Source of the DNA: an uncultured Thermofilaceae archaeon
Lineage (GTDB): Archaea; Thermoproteota; Thermoprotei; Thermofilales; B69-G16
Assembly (NCBI GenBank): GCA_964501905.1
Contig: CAZCTW010000002.1
Coordinates: forward strand, 195,821 to 259,820
Reading direction: 5' to 3'
Length of the DNA stretch: 64,000 nucleotides
The translations under genes were made by a program, and so were the position numbers. Shown here piece by piece: positions 37,213 to 46,730 of this stretch. Under the pieces are notes generated by a model. That model was not told the origin of the DNA. It ran no database searches and saw only the letters and a program-made list of their open reading frames with translations. Each line of letters opens with the position of its first letter. Position 1 is the stretch's first letter.

Positions 37213-38049
37213 CTAGCGTAGGAGGCCGGGGTATAGGTGGGGTTTACCCTTATTCTTTTTAACTTTGTCCCATTCGTAGAGTATCTTCACGGCTTCATTA
37301 GCTACCTTTATCGCGTCTTCAACTCCGGCATCCATTATGAATTCGTCCGTTACACGGTTTGCCAAGACTGCGCACACCGCTCCAGCTCTAGCCCCGTAGA
37401 GGTTGGATAAGGTGAAAATGGTAGAGGCTTCCATCTCGAAGTTGAGGACTCGTGCCGCTTGAAGATCGGGTATGAGATTTTTCATCCAACTCTGCATGTA
37501 GCCTTTAAAACCGGGCCTCGCTTGACCCGTATAGAAGGAATCAGTGGAAGCCGTTATCCCCACGTGGTACCTGACTCCTAACGTTTCCGCGGCTTCTATA
37601 AGCGCTAGGACCACCTCGTAGTGAGCCACGGCCGGGTATTCAACCCTTACATACTGTTTACTCGCCCCGTCTAACCTCACCGCTGCTATCGAAATCACTA
37701 AATCGCCTACCTTAATGTCGCGCTGTATAGCGCCGGTCGTGCCGACTCTTACGAAGGTATGTGCGCCAACTCTCAATAACTCCTCTACCGCTATGGCGGC
37801 GGCGGGGCAGCCTATTCCCGTGGACGTTGCCGAGATAGGTGCGCCTTTATATTTGCCAGTGTGGGTTACGTACTCTCTATGTCTGGCGACTTCTCTACGC
37901 TCGTTCCAGTACTTAGATATCCTCCCTACCCTATTTGGATCTCCTGGAAGGAGGACGTAAGGCGCGACATCTCCCGGTTTGCACTGGATGTGATATTGGA
38001 GACCGGTTTCCGTTTGGGGGGTTGCCGCCGAGATTAACCGCTCACTCAC
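37213..38049 (-). CDS. uridine/purine nucleoside phosphorylase (PNP/UDP family 1)
   Basis: YVLLPGDPNRV, SATSTGIGCPAAAIAVEEL, VRVGTTGA and FEMEAS are the hexameric NP-I family motifs. Confidence 0.85.
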   Translation of the reverse strand: MSERLISAATPQTETGLQYHIQCKPGDVAPYVLLPGDPNRVGRISKYWNERREVARHREYVTHTGKYKGAPISATSTGIGCPAAAIAVEELLRVGAHTFVRVGTTGAIQRDIKVGDLVISIAAVRLDGASKQYVRVEYPAVAHYEVVLALIEAAETLGVRYHVGITASTDSFYTGQARPGFKGYMQSWMKNLIPDLQAARVLNFEMEASTIFTLSNLYGARAGAVCAVLANRVTDEFIMDAGVEDAIKVANEAVKILYEWDKVKKNKGKPHLYPGLLR

Positions 38050-38094
38050 ATTATCACCAGGAAATAATTATGGAAAAGAGAGAAAAAAACTTAG

Positions 38095-38319
38095 TTATTT
38101 CTTGGATCTTCTCGATGCAGCGACTACGATGAGCGTGGAGATTAGAGCGGAGAGTGCTAGAGAGGCGAGGAACATCCATATATACTCTTCGGTTTTAGGC
38201 AGGACTTTGTAGGTGAAGCCATACCATAGGTTGAATACGTTAAAGAAAACGACGACGAGTATGAACATCATGCCTAGCCAGAGACCAAGGTGTTGTCTAA
38301 ATGCCATAGCGATCACCAA
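38095..38319 (-). CDS. small membrane protein (2 TM)
   Basis: 74-aa hydrophobic ORF inside the ECF/nucleoside operon. Confidence 0.5.
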   Translation of the reverse strand: MVIAMAFRQHLGLWLGMMFILVVVFFNVFNLWYGFTYKVLPKTEEYIWMFLASLALSALISTLIVVAASRRSKK

Positions 38320-38341
38320 GTAAAAAAGAAAAAGGGGTATT

Positions 38342-38590
38342 TTATTGCTTTGCCCCTTCCCCTGTTACGGCCATATAGGTGAGTACAAAGCCTGCGATGA
38401 CCACGAAAAGCGAGAGGAAAATCACAGTACCGGCCATTATAGATATAACGCTAGTCTTGACGAACTCTAGATCCGCTATTCTAGCAGATATCCAGGGGGA
38501 CACCATTAGAGCCGCGCCGATTACTATCAACGCAAGTCCTATCCCAATTAAATCCATTTTTTCAACCATACCCAACCACCCGGAGGACAC
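38342..38590 (-). CDS. small membrane protein (2-3 TM)
   Basis: 82-aa hydrophobic ORF directly downstream of ecfT. Confidence 0.5.
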   Translation of the reverse strand: MSSGWLGMVEKMDLIGIGLALIVIGAALMVSPWISARIADLEFVKTSVISIMAGTVIFLSLFVVIAGFVLTYMAVTGEGAKQ

Positions 38591-38608
38591 ACGCCCACCC
38601 CGCCACCC

Positions 38609-39490
38609 CTACCCGGCGAGTCTCGCCAAATAGTAGGCGGCCATTCCGAAGAACCCCACCGTCACGATCGCTATTAACCCCGCGGCTATATCTGTCGGGA
38701 AAGTGTAGGTTCTTAAGTAGTTAAACCAGTTGTTCGCGTGGAAATATAAGACTCCGACCGCCGCTCCTATAAGGGATAACGCTATGAACACGTAGTCTAC
38801 AACTCTCATTTTTACTTCTCTTAAGCTCGTCTTCTTACCCGATGAGCCGAAGGCGCGGGCCTCTAAGCTCATGGCTAGCTGTTGAACTCTCTCCATAGAA
38901 GCGGCGAAGAGGGGCACCATGCTGGGAACGAGCGCGGTTAACCCGCGGGCTTTTAACCCTCTCGACTGTTGCGCTTGAATAACCGTGGTGAACTCCCTCA
39001 TAAGTATGGGGATTAGCTGGAGCGTGACTATAGTCATGAAGCCGAGTATATACGGCACCTTTATCTTTAGTAGAGAGATGAAGAGGTCTACAGGGTGGGT
39101 TACGAGGACCATTAATAGAGCGAAAGCCCCCATGGCCATTATTCTCCCTGCGAAGACTAGACCGTAGTAGAGACCCTCATGGTACGCCGTTAGCGGCCCT
39201 ATTCTTAACACGGGCCTCCAGGGGGGAGGTATAGCCGGCCAGAAAGTTTGGAAGAAGACCATTGCCAGAGAGGCCGGGACGAGTACGGACATCCCCTTGA
39301 GGAAGTCTTTAAACACTCCGACGGCGGCGGCCAGAAGTACGGTTATCGCTACGAATACGAATAGTATAAACGGGTTCATCAGGGGGAATATAACTACGAA
39401 AGCGGCGATTATCAAAATTATCTTAGTTAATGGGTTTAGCTTGTGTAGGAAGGAGTCGCCGGGTACGTAGAGGGTGGCGCGGGTGGACAT
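38609..39490 (-). CDS. ecfT: ECF transporter transmembrane (T) component
   Basis: CbiQ/EcfT-like topology with the coupling-helix motif region IQAQQSRGLKARG. Confidence 0.8.
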   Translation of the reverse strand: MSTRATLYVPGDSFLHKLNPLTKIILIIAAFVVIFPLMNPFILFVFVAITVLLAAAVGVFKDFLKGMSVLVPASLAMVFFQTFWPAIPPPWRPVLRIGPLTAYHEGLYYGLVFAGRIMAMGAFALLMVLVTHPVDLFISLLKIKVPYILGFMTIVTLQLIPILMREFTTVIQAQQSRGLKARGLTALVPSMVPLFAASMERVQQLAMSLEARAFGSSGKKTSLREVKMRVVDYVFIALSLIGAAVGVLYFHANNWFNYLRTYTFPTDIAAGLIAIVTVGFFGMAAYYLARLAG

Positions 39491-39499
39491 TTAACACAC

Positions 39500-40168
39500 C
39501 TATTTCGCGCTTATTATGACGAAGCCTGCAGCTAGAGCAACGCCTATAACTAGGCCGATGATGGTGTACATTATTACTTTCATCGGCGGTTGCTTCGTTA
39601 TTTCGACTCTGTAGCGTAGCATCGGCGGGAGGGCTTGAACGATCGGCACGGCCAAGAACACGGCTAGGATTTTATCGGCTAGGCTTGAAAGTATGTTGCT
39701 TGAGAAGACCGCGACCCATAGCTGAGCGCCCATCTGGAGGTAAACAGCGGTCATTATGTCGGCGAAGTGCCCGGTGGCTCCTCCGAAGACGAAGACGTAG
39801 ATGGGGACTGCCATGCTGGTTATGACGAAAGCGCTTATTATGCCCAGGAGTAATAGCCTCGGGAAGTCCTTGGTTAAGCCTATTTTCAACCCATAACCCC
39901 AGACTAGGGCGCCTATGGCGTTGCACGCCGCGAAGGGGAGATATACGGGGTTAACGAGGAGCGCTAAGCCTAGGTTGGTTACTACTCCGGTGAGGACGCC
40001 CCACCAGGGGCCTAGAACCCACGCCACGACGCATGTGCCGATCATGTCTAGGAATACGGGGAGGTGTAGGGCAGTGACAATGTAGCCGCCGACGATATTT
40101 ATCGCAGCAGCGACAGGGATTAGAACCGCGATATAAGTTGGGGGAATGCGCTCTAAAGTAGAACTCAT
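39500..40168 (-). CDS. ECF transporter substrate-binding (S) component, substrate unknown
   Basis: Six-TM protein with INIVGG...LPVFLDMIGT...GPWWG, typical of S components. Directly upstream of ecfT. Confidence 0.65.
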   Translation of the reverse strand: MSSTLERIPPTYIAVLIPVAAAINIVGGYIVTALHLPVFLDMIGTCVVAWVLGPWWGVLTGVVTNLGLALLVNPVYLPFAACNAIGALVWGYGLKIGLTKDFPRLLLLGIISAFVITSMAVPIYVFVFGGATGHFADIMTAVYLQMGAQLWVAVFSSNILSSLADKILAVFLAVPIVQALPPMLRYRVEITKQPPMKVIMYTIIGLVIGVALAAGFVIISAK

Positions 40169-40253
40169 ACGCCCACCTGCTACAAGGTTTGCTTTTGTAA
40201 GGAATATTAAGGGAATTGCTTATAAACCTGTCGGCATTTGTAGAAATACAGCG

Positions 40254-41123
40254 GTGGGGATTTTGAAGGAGGAAGTAGTTATAGAGGTGCGAAATCTCAC
40301 ATTCCGCTACCCGTTCACCGAGAAACCCGCCCTGAAGAATATCAACTTGAAGATAAGGAAGGGCGAGTTCGTGGGTATTTTAGGGCCTTGCGGCGCTGGG
40401 AAGACTACGCTCTGCCTTACTTTAAATGGGATAATACCGAACATGATTCAGGGTTTTATGGGGGGCGAGGTTAAAGTCATGGGGATGAATACCAGAGAAG
40501 TTCCGACTAGGGAGATAGCCAAGTACGTGGGCATGGTATTTGATAACCCCGAGTACCAGTTAAGCCAGATGACGGTTGAGGAGGAGGTGGCGCTAGGCCT
40601 CGGGAGCCTAGGAGTTCCGAGGGAGGAGATGATAAGGAGGGTGCGGGAAGCCCTTAAGATCGTGGGACTTGAGGGGCTTGAAAAACGCTCTCCATTTGAG
40701 CTCTCCGGCGGCCAGCAACAGAGGTTAGCTATAGCCGCCGCGCTGGCGATGATGCCCAGCATTCTGGTACTCGACGAGCCGACTTCTAACCTAGACCCTA
40801 TAGGTAAAGAGGAGGTCTATGCTACGGTTAGGAAGTTAAACAAAGAGAGAGGGATGACGATAATCATGGCGGATCACGAGGTAGAGTTTATGGCTTCTTT
40901 CACCGACCGGCTTATAGTCATGAACGAGGGAGAAATCGTGTTGGAGGGTCCTCCCGCTGAGGTGTTTAAACACGTGGATACCTTAGAAAGTATCGGGCTT
41001 CGCGTACCCCAGGTGACGGAGTTGGCGCATAAACTTAGGAAAAACTACGAGAAGTGGGATGAAAGATACCCTGTACTGGTTGAAGAGGCAGTTGAAAAAG
41101 TTCTGGAGAGGGTGAAAGCATGA
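40254..41123 (+). CDS. ecfA: ECF transporter ATPase A
   Basis: Walker A GPCGAGKT, signature LSGGQQQR, Walker B LVLDEPTS. The track start at 40146 overlaps the S gene. GTG 40254 or TTG 40263 downstream of TTATAAA (about 40221) is more plausible. Confidence 0.9.
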   Translation: MGILKEEVVIEVRNLTFRYPFTEKPALKNINLKIRKGEFVGILGPCGAGKTTLCLTLNGIIPNMIQGFMGGEVKVMGMNTREVPTREIAKYVGMVFDNPEYQLSQMTVEEEVALGLGSLGVPREEMIRRVREALKIVGLEGLEKRSPFELSGGQQQRLAIAAALAMMPSILVLDEPTSNLDPIGKEEVYATVRKLNKERGMTIIMADHEVEFMASFTDRLIVMNEGEIVLEGPPAEVFKHVDTLESIGLRVPQVTELAHKLRKNYEKWDERYPVLVEEAVEKVLERVKA

Positions 41124-41956
41124 GTAGGGAAGTTTTGATAAAATGTGAAAACCTTTGGCATATATACCCTGGAGACGTCGAGGCATTGCGCGACGTAAAC
41201 CTCGAGATAAGAGATGGAGACGTCGTAGCGGTTATCGGCCAGAACGGGTCGGGCAAAACCACGTTAGTTAAACACTTTAACGGACTGCTTAAGCCCACCA
41301 AGGGCATAGTCACGGTAATGGGGATAGATACGAGGAAGAAATCCGTCCACGAACTAGCCCAATACGTAGGCTATGTTTTCCAGAATCCCGTCCACCAACT
41401 TTTCGCCAGCACCGTAGAGGAGGAGCTGGCCTTCGGCCCTAGGAACTTAGGACTGTCCGAGCAGGAAGTTAAGGAGAGAGTGGAGGAGGCTCTCGAGTTC
41501 TTCAACTTAAAGCGCTTTAGAAACGTCCACCCGTTTAGCCTCTCCTTCCCCTATAAGAAGCTCGTGGCCGTCGCCTCGGTGTACGCCATGAGACCCCGCA
41601 TATTCGTTCTCGACGAACCTACCACGGGGCAGGACCATATAGGGCTTAGAATGATAGAGGATATGGTCCTTAAACTGGAGAAAGAAGGATTTACCATAGT
41701 CATGGTGTCGCACGACATGAGGCTTGTCGCCGAAACAGCTAAGAGGATCATCGTCATGAAGGATGGGAGAATACTCGCCGATAAAACGCCTAGAGAGGTT
41801 TTCTCAGACCACGAGCTCATGGCTTTAACTAATCTTAAACCGCCGCAGATATCGGAGTTTACTCAGAAATTGGCGGAGAGAAAAAGATTAGATGGAGTTC
41901 CGGAGACCGCTTTAAACGTGGACGAGGTAGTAGAGCCTCTAGCGAAGTACCTGTAA
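41120..41956 (+). CDS. ecfA: ECF transporter ATPase A'
   Basis: Walker A GQNGSGKT, Walker B FVLDEPTTGQD, 4-nt overlap with the first ATPase. The signature motif is degenerate (LSFPYKK). Confidence 0.9.
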   Translation: MSREVLIKCENLWHIYPGDVEALRDVNLEIRDGDVVAVIGQNGSGKTTLVKHFNGLLKPTKGIVTVMGIDTRKKSVHELAQYVGYVFQNPVHQLFASTVEEELAFGPRNLGLSEQEVKERVEEALEFFNLKRFRNVHPFSLSFPYKKLVAVASVYAMRPRIFVLDEPTTGQDHIGLRMIEDMVLKLEKEGFTIVMVSHDMRLVAETAKRIIVMKDGRILADKTPREVFSDHELMALTNLKPPQISEFTQKLAERKRLDGVPETALNVDEVVEPLAKYL

Positions 41957-41958
41957 CT

Positions 41959-42858
41959 TTACTTAATGGATTTCCTGATTTCCTTTACTACACTCATAAA
42001 CTTTTTAACCCTCCCAGGGTCGACAGGGTTCTGGGCTATACCGCCCTTCTTGAAGTAGGTCCCTACGATGGCGCCGTCCGCGTATTTTAGGAATTCCCTG
42101 ACGTTCTCCAAGTTACACCCGCTCCCTATAAGCAAGGGCCTTTCGGGGGCCGCTTCTTTTACTTCTTTAATGTGCTCTACAGTCGGCGGGAACCCGGTCA
42201 TCTTACCCGAAACTATAAGCGCGTCTGCCATGTAGAAATCCGTCCACTCCGCGTGTATTCTAGCGTTTATGCCCGGGAACATTACCGCGTGCTTTTTGGT
42301 TACATCCGCAAAGATCTTTATATCCTCGGCGTAGAGCGCCTTCCTAATCCTGAGTAGTTCAGCTGCGCATCCGTGGTCGAACTCGCCCGTATCCCAGACC
42401 ATAGCGCCCGTTAGAAGGCAGACGCGTATAAACTTGGCCCCCGCCGCCTTGGCTATCGCCAGCGTAACCCTCCCTCCGTTATGGACCACGTTTATCCCAA
42501 CGGGCACGTTTACGTTCTTAACCACTTCTCTAGCCGCTACGGCTTGCGCCGTCATCTCCTCGGGCGGGACGGCTTTACCCACGTAGTAGGGCAAGTCCCA
42601 CATATTCTCCACGATTAACCCGTCGACGCCGTTCTCGACTAGAGCCATCGCGTCTTTAAGAGCAAAGTCTATGATTTCGTCTATGCTCTCTCCCTGGTAC
42701 GCGGGGGCGCCGGGCAATGGGGGTAGGTGGACCATGCCTATGATAGGTTTTTTGACGCCGAATAGTTCTTCTAGACTTTTCAGTCTCTTACCGTAGAAGT
42801 CCCTAGCCCATTTTACTTCAAATTCCACGGATACCACAACTTTACAGACTAGATTCAC
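41959..42858 (-). CDS. BtpA/SgcQ-family TIM-barrel protein
   Basis: IIGMVHLPPLPGAPAY...DAMALVENGVDGLIVENMWDLPY is the hallmark N-terminal region of the BtpA family. Confidence 0.75.
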   Translation of the reverse strand: MNLVCKVVVSVEFEVKWARDFYGKRLKSLEELFGVKKPIIGMVHLPPLPGAPAYQGESIDEIIDFALKDAMALVENGVDGLIVENMWDLPYYVGKAVPPEEMTAQAVAAREVVKNVNVPVGINVVHNGGRVTLAIAKAAGAKFIRVCLLTGAMVWDTGEFDHGCAAELLRIRKALYAEDIKIFADVTKKHAVMFPGINARIHAEWTDFYMADALIVSGKMTGFPPTVEHIKEVKEAAPERPLLIGSGCNLENVREFLKYADGAIVGTYFKKGGIAQNPVDPGRVKKFMSVVKEIRKSIK

Positions 42859-42860
42859 AG

Positions 42861-43823
42861 CTAAAACTCTTTTGCAGGTTTGGGCAGGTTACGCGCTAAA
42901 CTTCCTAAGTTTTTCTCTTCAAGGAAACGCTTTAACTCTTTCAGCGTGGGGAGGTGGCGGGATCCTCTTCCCGTACACTTCCACGCTGCCACGGCGTTGG
43001 CCAGTATTAGGCATTCCGCGAGCTTTAATCCATGTAAGACGCCGTAGATAAAGCCAGCGTCGAAAGCGTCTCCCGCACCCGTGGTGTCTACGACTTCAAT
43101 TTTGAATGCTGGAGCTGTGAAGGAGCCGCTGTTTGAGAAGACTTGGGCTCCGGCGCCTCCCCTTTTGACAACTACTACCCTAGCTAACCTACGCGTCAAT
43201 TCTCCTAGACCGCCTAAAGCCCCGGCGAGCAGTAAAGCCTCCCTCTCATTTACAAATATGTAATCTACCCGCCCTATTAGCCTGTTTACCTCTCCTAAGC
43301 CCATGGCGGCTAGAGGTTCGCTGATGTCAATAGCGATTAAAGATCCTAATCTGCGAGCCGTATCGAGAGCTTTTCGCGTTGCGTTTTTTTGAGGAGACTC
43401 GAGGAGAGCGTAGCCAGATATGAACAGTAGACGTAGGCTTCCGAAATATTCCTCAACTATAGCTTCGAGCGTGAGCCTCCTGTTGGCTCCACGGTATCCC
43501 AGCATTGTCCTCTCGCCGTCTCTAGTAACGGCTATAATCGCTAACCCCGTATGGTCATCTTTTACGATTTGTAGAAGGCTCGTGTCGACGCCCTCATTGT
43601 TTAAATTCTCTTCGAGCATGCGCCCAAATGGATCTTCGCCAACTGCGCCGATGAAACCTGTGGGAACTCCTAGCCGCGATAGGGCTACGGCTACGTTAGC
43701 CGCCGCGCCGCCTGGGCGTAGTTCCAGGTGAGACGCTAGAGATTCGCTCCCTAATTTGGGCAGTTTATCCACGTATAGTAATACGTCTAGGTTTACATCG
43801 CCGAGACAAGCTACTTCCGGCAA
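42861..43823 (-). CDS. PfkB/ribokinase-family carbohydrate or nucleoside kinase
   Basis: GGAAANVAVALSRLG, the anion hole DTTGAGDAFDAGFIYG, and the N-terminal GDVNLDV. Confidence 0.85.
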   Translation of the reverse strand: MPEVACLGDVNLDVLLYVDKLPKLGSESLASHLELRPGGAAANVAVALSRLGVPTGFIGAVGEDPFGRMLEENLNNEGVDTSLLQIVKDDHTGLAIIAVTRDGERTMLGYRGANRRLTLEAIVEEYFGSLRLLFISGYALLESPQKNATRKALDTARRLGSLIAIDISEPLAAMGLGEVNRLIGRVDYIFVNEREALLLAGALGGLGELTRRLARVVVVKRGGAGAQVFSNSGSFTAPAFKIEVVDTTGAGDAFDAGFIYGVLHGLKLAECLILANAVAAWKCTGRGSRHLPTLKELKRFLEEKNLGSLARNLPKPAKEF

Positions 43824-44368
43824 ACTAAGCCCCCTAGGAAACTCCTCAACTCCTCAGCGCTCTCTTTAAGACCGGCAACGTCTATATCGGTCATCGCTGG
43901 CTTTAATCCACGGCTTTCGAAAACTTCCTTAAGCACTTCCATGAAAACTCCCATACCCTCTACGCGAATACACTCTCCAACTTTCTTCGGATCTCCGCCC
44001 AGCCACCCCTGCGTCGTCATTTTAACGCCGCACGATGGGCTACCTCTTATCCCGATAACGCACACTATCCTGTAACCGTTCCGCTGGTATTCAAGGGCTA
44101 GATCCACAGCTTCCTCAGCTATGCGGCGGCAGTACCTCCTGAAGCCTATATTGTCATATTGTTCTCTCGTATACCAGAACCTCCTTAAACCCGCGTAGCC
44201 GGTTTCTGGGCACGGGAGCTGCACTACGCCAACTCCCAGTTCGGCGAGGACGTCGACTATCTCCTTTAGAATCCCCTTGCTGACGGCTAGCTCTTTAACC
44301 ACCGAGTTTTGGTTTAGGATACAGTGAGAAATGAAGACTAGGAGTCCGCTGCGCGCGTCGCTCCACAT
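43811..44368 (-). CDS. DUF523/TudS-like [4Fe-4S] protein (thiouracil desulfidase family candidate)
   Basis: Three Cys in the family-typical contexts ISHCILNQN, LPCPETG and GSPSCGV. Confidence 0.55.
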   Translation of the reverse strand: MWSDARSGLLVFISHCILNQNSVVKELAVSKGILKEIVDVLAELGVGVVQLPCPETGYAGLRRFWYTREQYDNIGFRRYCRRIAEEAVDLALEYQRNGYRIVCVIGIRGSPSCGVKMTTQGWLGGDPKKVGECIRVEGMGVFMEVLKEVFESRGLKPAMTDIDVAGLKESAEELRSFLGGLVCRK

Positions 44369-44377
44369 AAAGACCGC

Positions 44378-45142
44378 CTACTCGGGTATGCCTCTATCGT
44401 CGAGTATTTTCACAGCTTCTAGCGCTGTGAGAATAGCGTTTTTCTTAGCTTCCTCATTGAGTTTTTGAATCTTCTTGTCTTCAGAGATTTTTATCATCGC
44501 GCAAACAGCCCCCGCGAGAGCCCCTCTTATGCTGGAGACTATAAATATCGCGGCTGCCTCCATTTCCGAGAGTATAACGTTCCCCCTAACCCAGGCCTTC
44601 CACCTATTCATCCATACTTCCCTGGCTGGCTGATTTTCCGGCTCGACTTCACAGTAGAAAGAATCTTTCGTGTGGAAAATACCCACATGGTACCTGACTC
44701 CGAGCTTCTCCGCGGCGTCAACTAGCGCCGCGACGACTCTATAGTCCGCCACCGCCGGGTACTCTACGGGTATATACTGCCTCGTCGTGCCCTCGTCTCT
44801 CACGGCGCCTATGGCTATGCCTATATCCCCCGGCTTAGTATAGTCCTGCATAGCGCCGCTAGTACCTACCCTTATCAGTACTTTAGCTCCAACTCGTATT
44901 AACTCCTCCACGGCTATAGCCGCCGAGGGACTGCCTATCCCCGTAGACGTCACCGAGACTGGGACTCCTTTATACTTGCCTGTATACGTCAAATACTCCC
45001 TATTCTGAGCTACAAACCTAGCCTCGTCCATGAAACTAGCTATTTTCGCGACCCGCCCCGGGTCGCCTGGTAAGAGAACATAGGGCGCGATATCTCCCTC
45101 TCTTAAAGCTATATGATACTGCTTAGTGGACAAAAATGCCAC
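44378..45142 (-). CDS. uridine/purine nucleoside phosphorylase (second PNP/UDP-1 paralog)
   Basis: YVLLPGDPGRV, TSTGIGSPSAAIAVEEL, IRVGTSGA and SEMEAA. The track N-terminus (to 45196) looks spurious. GTG 45142 or TTG 45133 aligns with the paralog at 37213. Confidence 0.8.
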   Translation of the reverse strand: MAFLSTKQYHIALREGDIAPYVLLPGDPGRVAKIASFMDEARFVAQNREYLTYTGKYKGVPVSVTSTGIGSPSAAIAVEELIRVGAKVLIRVGTSGAMQDYTKPGDIGIAIGAVRDEGTTRQYIPVEYPAVADYRVVAALVDAAEKLGVRYHVGIFHTKDSFYCEVEPENQPAREVWMNRWKAWVRGNVILSEMEAAAIFIVSSIRGALAGAVCAMIKISEDKKIQKLNEEAKKNAILTALEAVKILDDRGIPE

Positions 45143-45408
45143 CTCGATAATCAATATACTCGTGAGGTATATGATTATTATTCTAGACCTCCACATCGGT
45201 GAAGAAGAATATCCGCAATGCCGTGAAAGCTCATGCGGAGCTTAACGCTTATACTGTACATGGATGCACAGAAATTTGAAATCTAGAGGTAAGCTTTTTC
45301 CGCACAGCCCACCTTCGACTATCTATGCTCTTATTAGACAAAAATGAGACGGGAAGTCGAGAGAGATTTTTAATTTTCTAAGGCTTAAAACACTAAACTA
45401 GAAGATAT

Positions 45409-46338
45409 ATGGATGCGGGCTTGAAGATTTCGGTGAGAAAAGCGAGGAAAGAAGACTACACAGGTATTGTAGAGGTCCACTGTTCAGACGTGGAGAAGTG
45501 GTACAGGTGTGTTGGAAGTGAAAAGGTAGAGGCTAGCTATGAGGAGCTGACGCCTTTCGAAAGATGGCTACACGGCGGTCCTTGGATGGACGAGGATACG
45601 GTGCGCCTCCACTTCGACATTTTAAAAGAAAACGGAGGAGAAGTTTTCGTAGCAGTCTAGGCGGTAAAGTCGTGAGAGAGAGCGAAATAGTTTTCGCGGG
45701 GGAGCCGAATCCCTACGGAAGATACTGCTTTCTCGAAGTTCTGGTAGTCCACAAGAATTATAGACGAAGAGGGGTAGGCACGGAGCTTGTTAGATGCTGC
45801 CTAGAATACGCTAAAAACCTCGGCCACAAGTTTCTCGACACGATGCCGGAAGACGAGAGGTCTAAAAGGCTATACCTGAAATTCGGCTTTAGGAAAATGT
45901 TTGACCTCTACAAAATGAGGATAAAATGCGAAAAACGCCGGTCAACGCTTCCGCTAAAGGAAGCTTCCTTTTAGAGAACATCCTAAAGACATGCTCTTGG
46001 TATCCGGACACTGGTACCCATCAATATACGTCTGGCACAACCTCATACGGTTGACCGACTATAACAAATTTAAAGGCTTCAACCTTTAAAAACCTAAAAT
46101 TTACGGGATTTACAGCGGAGAAAAGGCAGGTCTTTTAGCGCTTCAAAGACATGCTACTAGGCCTACGCTCTGTATATCCTATATCTGGGTTAAACCCAAA
46201 TATCTTGAAGCAGAGTTTTTAAGTAAAATAGCTGAAAGCGCGGCATCTAAAGCCTATGAGTTGGGATATAGGAAGGTTTTCGTAGGGGTGGATGGGGAGA
46301 ATATGCCGCTTTTAGGAAGGCAGGGTATAGGAAGATGA
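45409..46338 (+). pseudogene. GNAT acetyltransferase locus broken by frameshifts and an in-frame stop
   Basis: Frame A ends ...ENGGEVFVAV-TAG (45658-45660). Frame -1 continues LGGKVVRESEIVFAGE...VHKNYRRRGVGTELV (GNAT motif A) to 45974. Frame A then resumes (ATG 45991, MLLVSGHWYP...) and is interrupted by TAA at 46087-46089, staying open to 46338 (...YRKVFVGVDGENMPLL). Confidence 0.6.
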
Positions 46339-46730
46339 GGAGGAAGGAGGAGTATATGAGGAATATTATGGATATTAAAAATTGAAATATAAAAAATTTA
46401 AACTTTAGTTAACATTTTACCAGATTGTGGAAAAGTTGGAGACATCTCTCTGATAATCCTCTCCTTCAACTTATAAACGAGTGCTGGTTAACGACTTAAC
46501 TTTCTAGGCGTCTCTGAGGCCGTGTTTTAGAGGTTGAAAGGAATTCGCTGAAAGAAAAAATATGACGATAGAGGAGGGGGAGAGGACTGTCGTCATGTAA
46601 TATTTCTGCCGTGTAAGAGTACGGTGTTAGAGTTGGTTGGTGGTGTTATCCGGATAAGTTCTCGTTATATGATAACATGAAAAGTACTGAAAAATGAAGC
46701 TAGAAATGTTCTTGGAATAAAATTATTTTT

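Noticed and set aside
46562-46596. Inverted repeat ATGACGA-N21-TCGTCAT downstream of the stalk-protein gene, considered as a terminator or an sRNA box pair.
   Set aside because: The stem is only 7 bp with a 21-nt purine-rich loop. It lies about 135 nt from the stop codon, with no adjacent T tract and no CUGA boxes at guide spacing.
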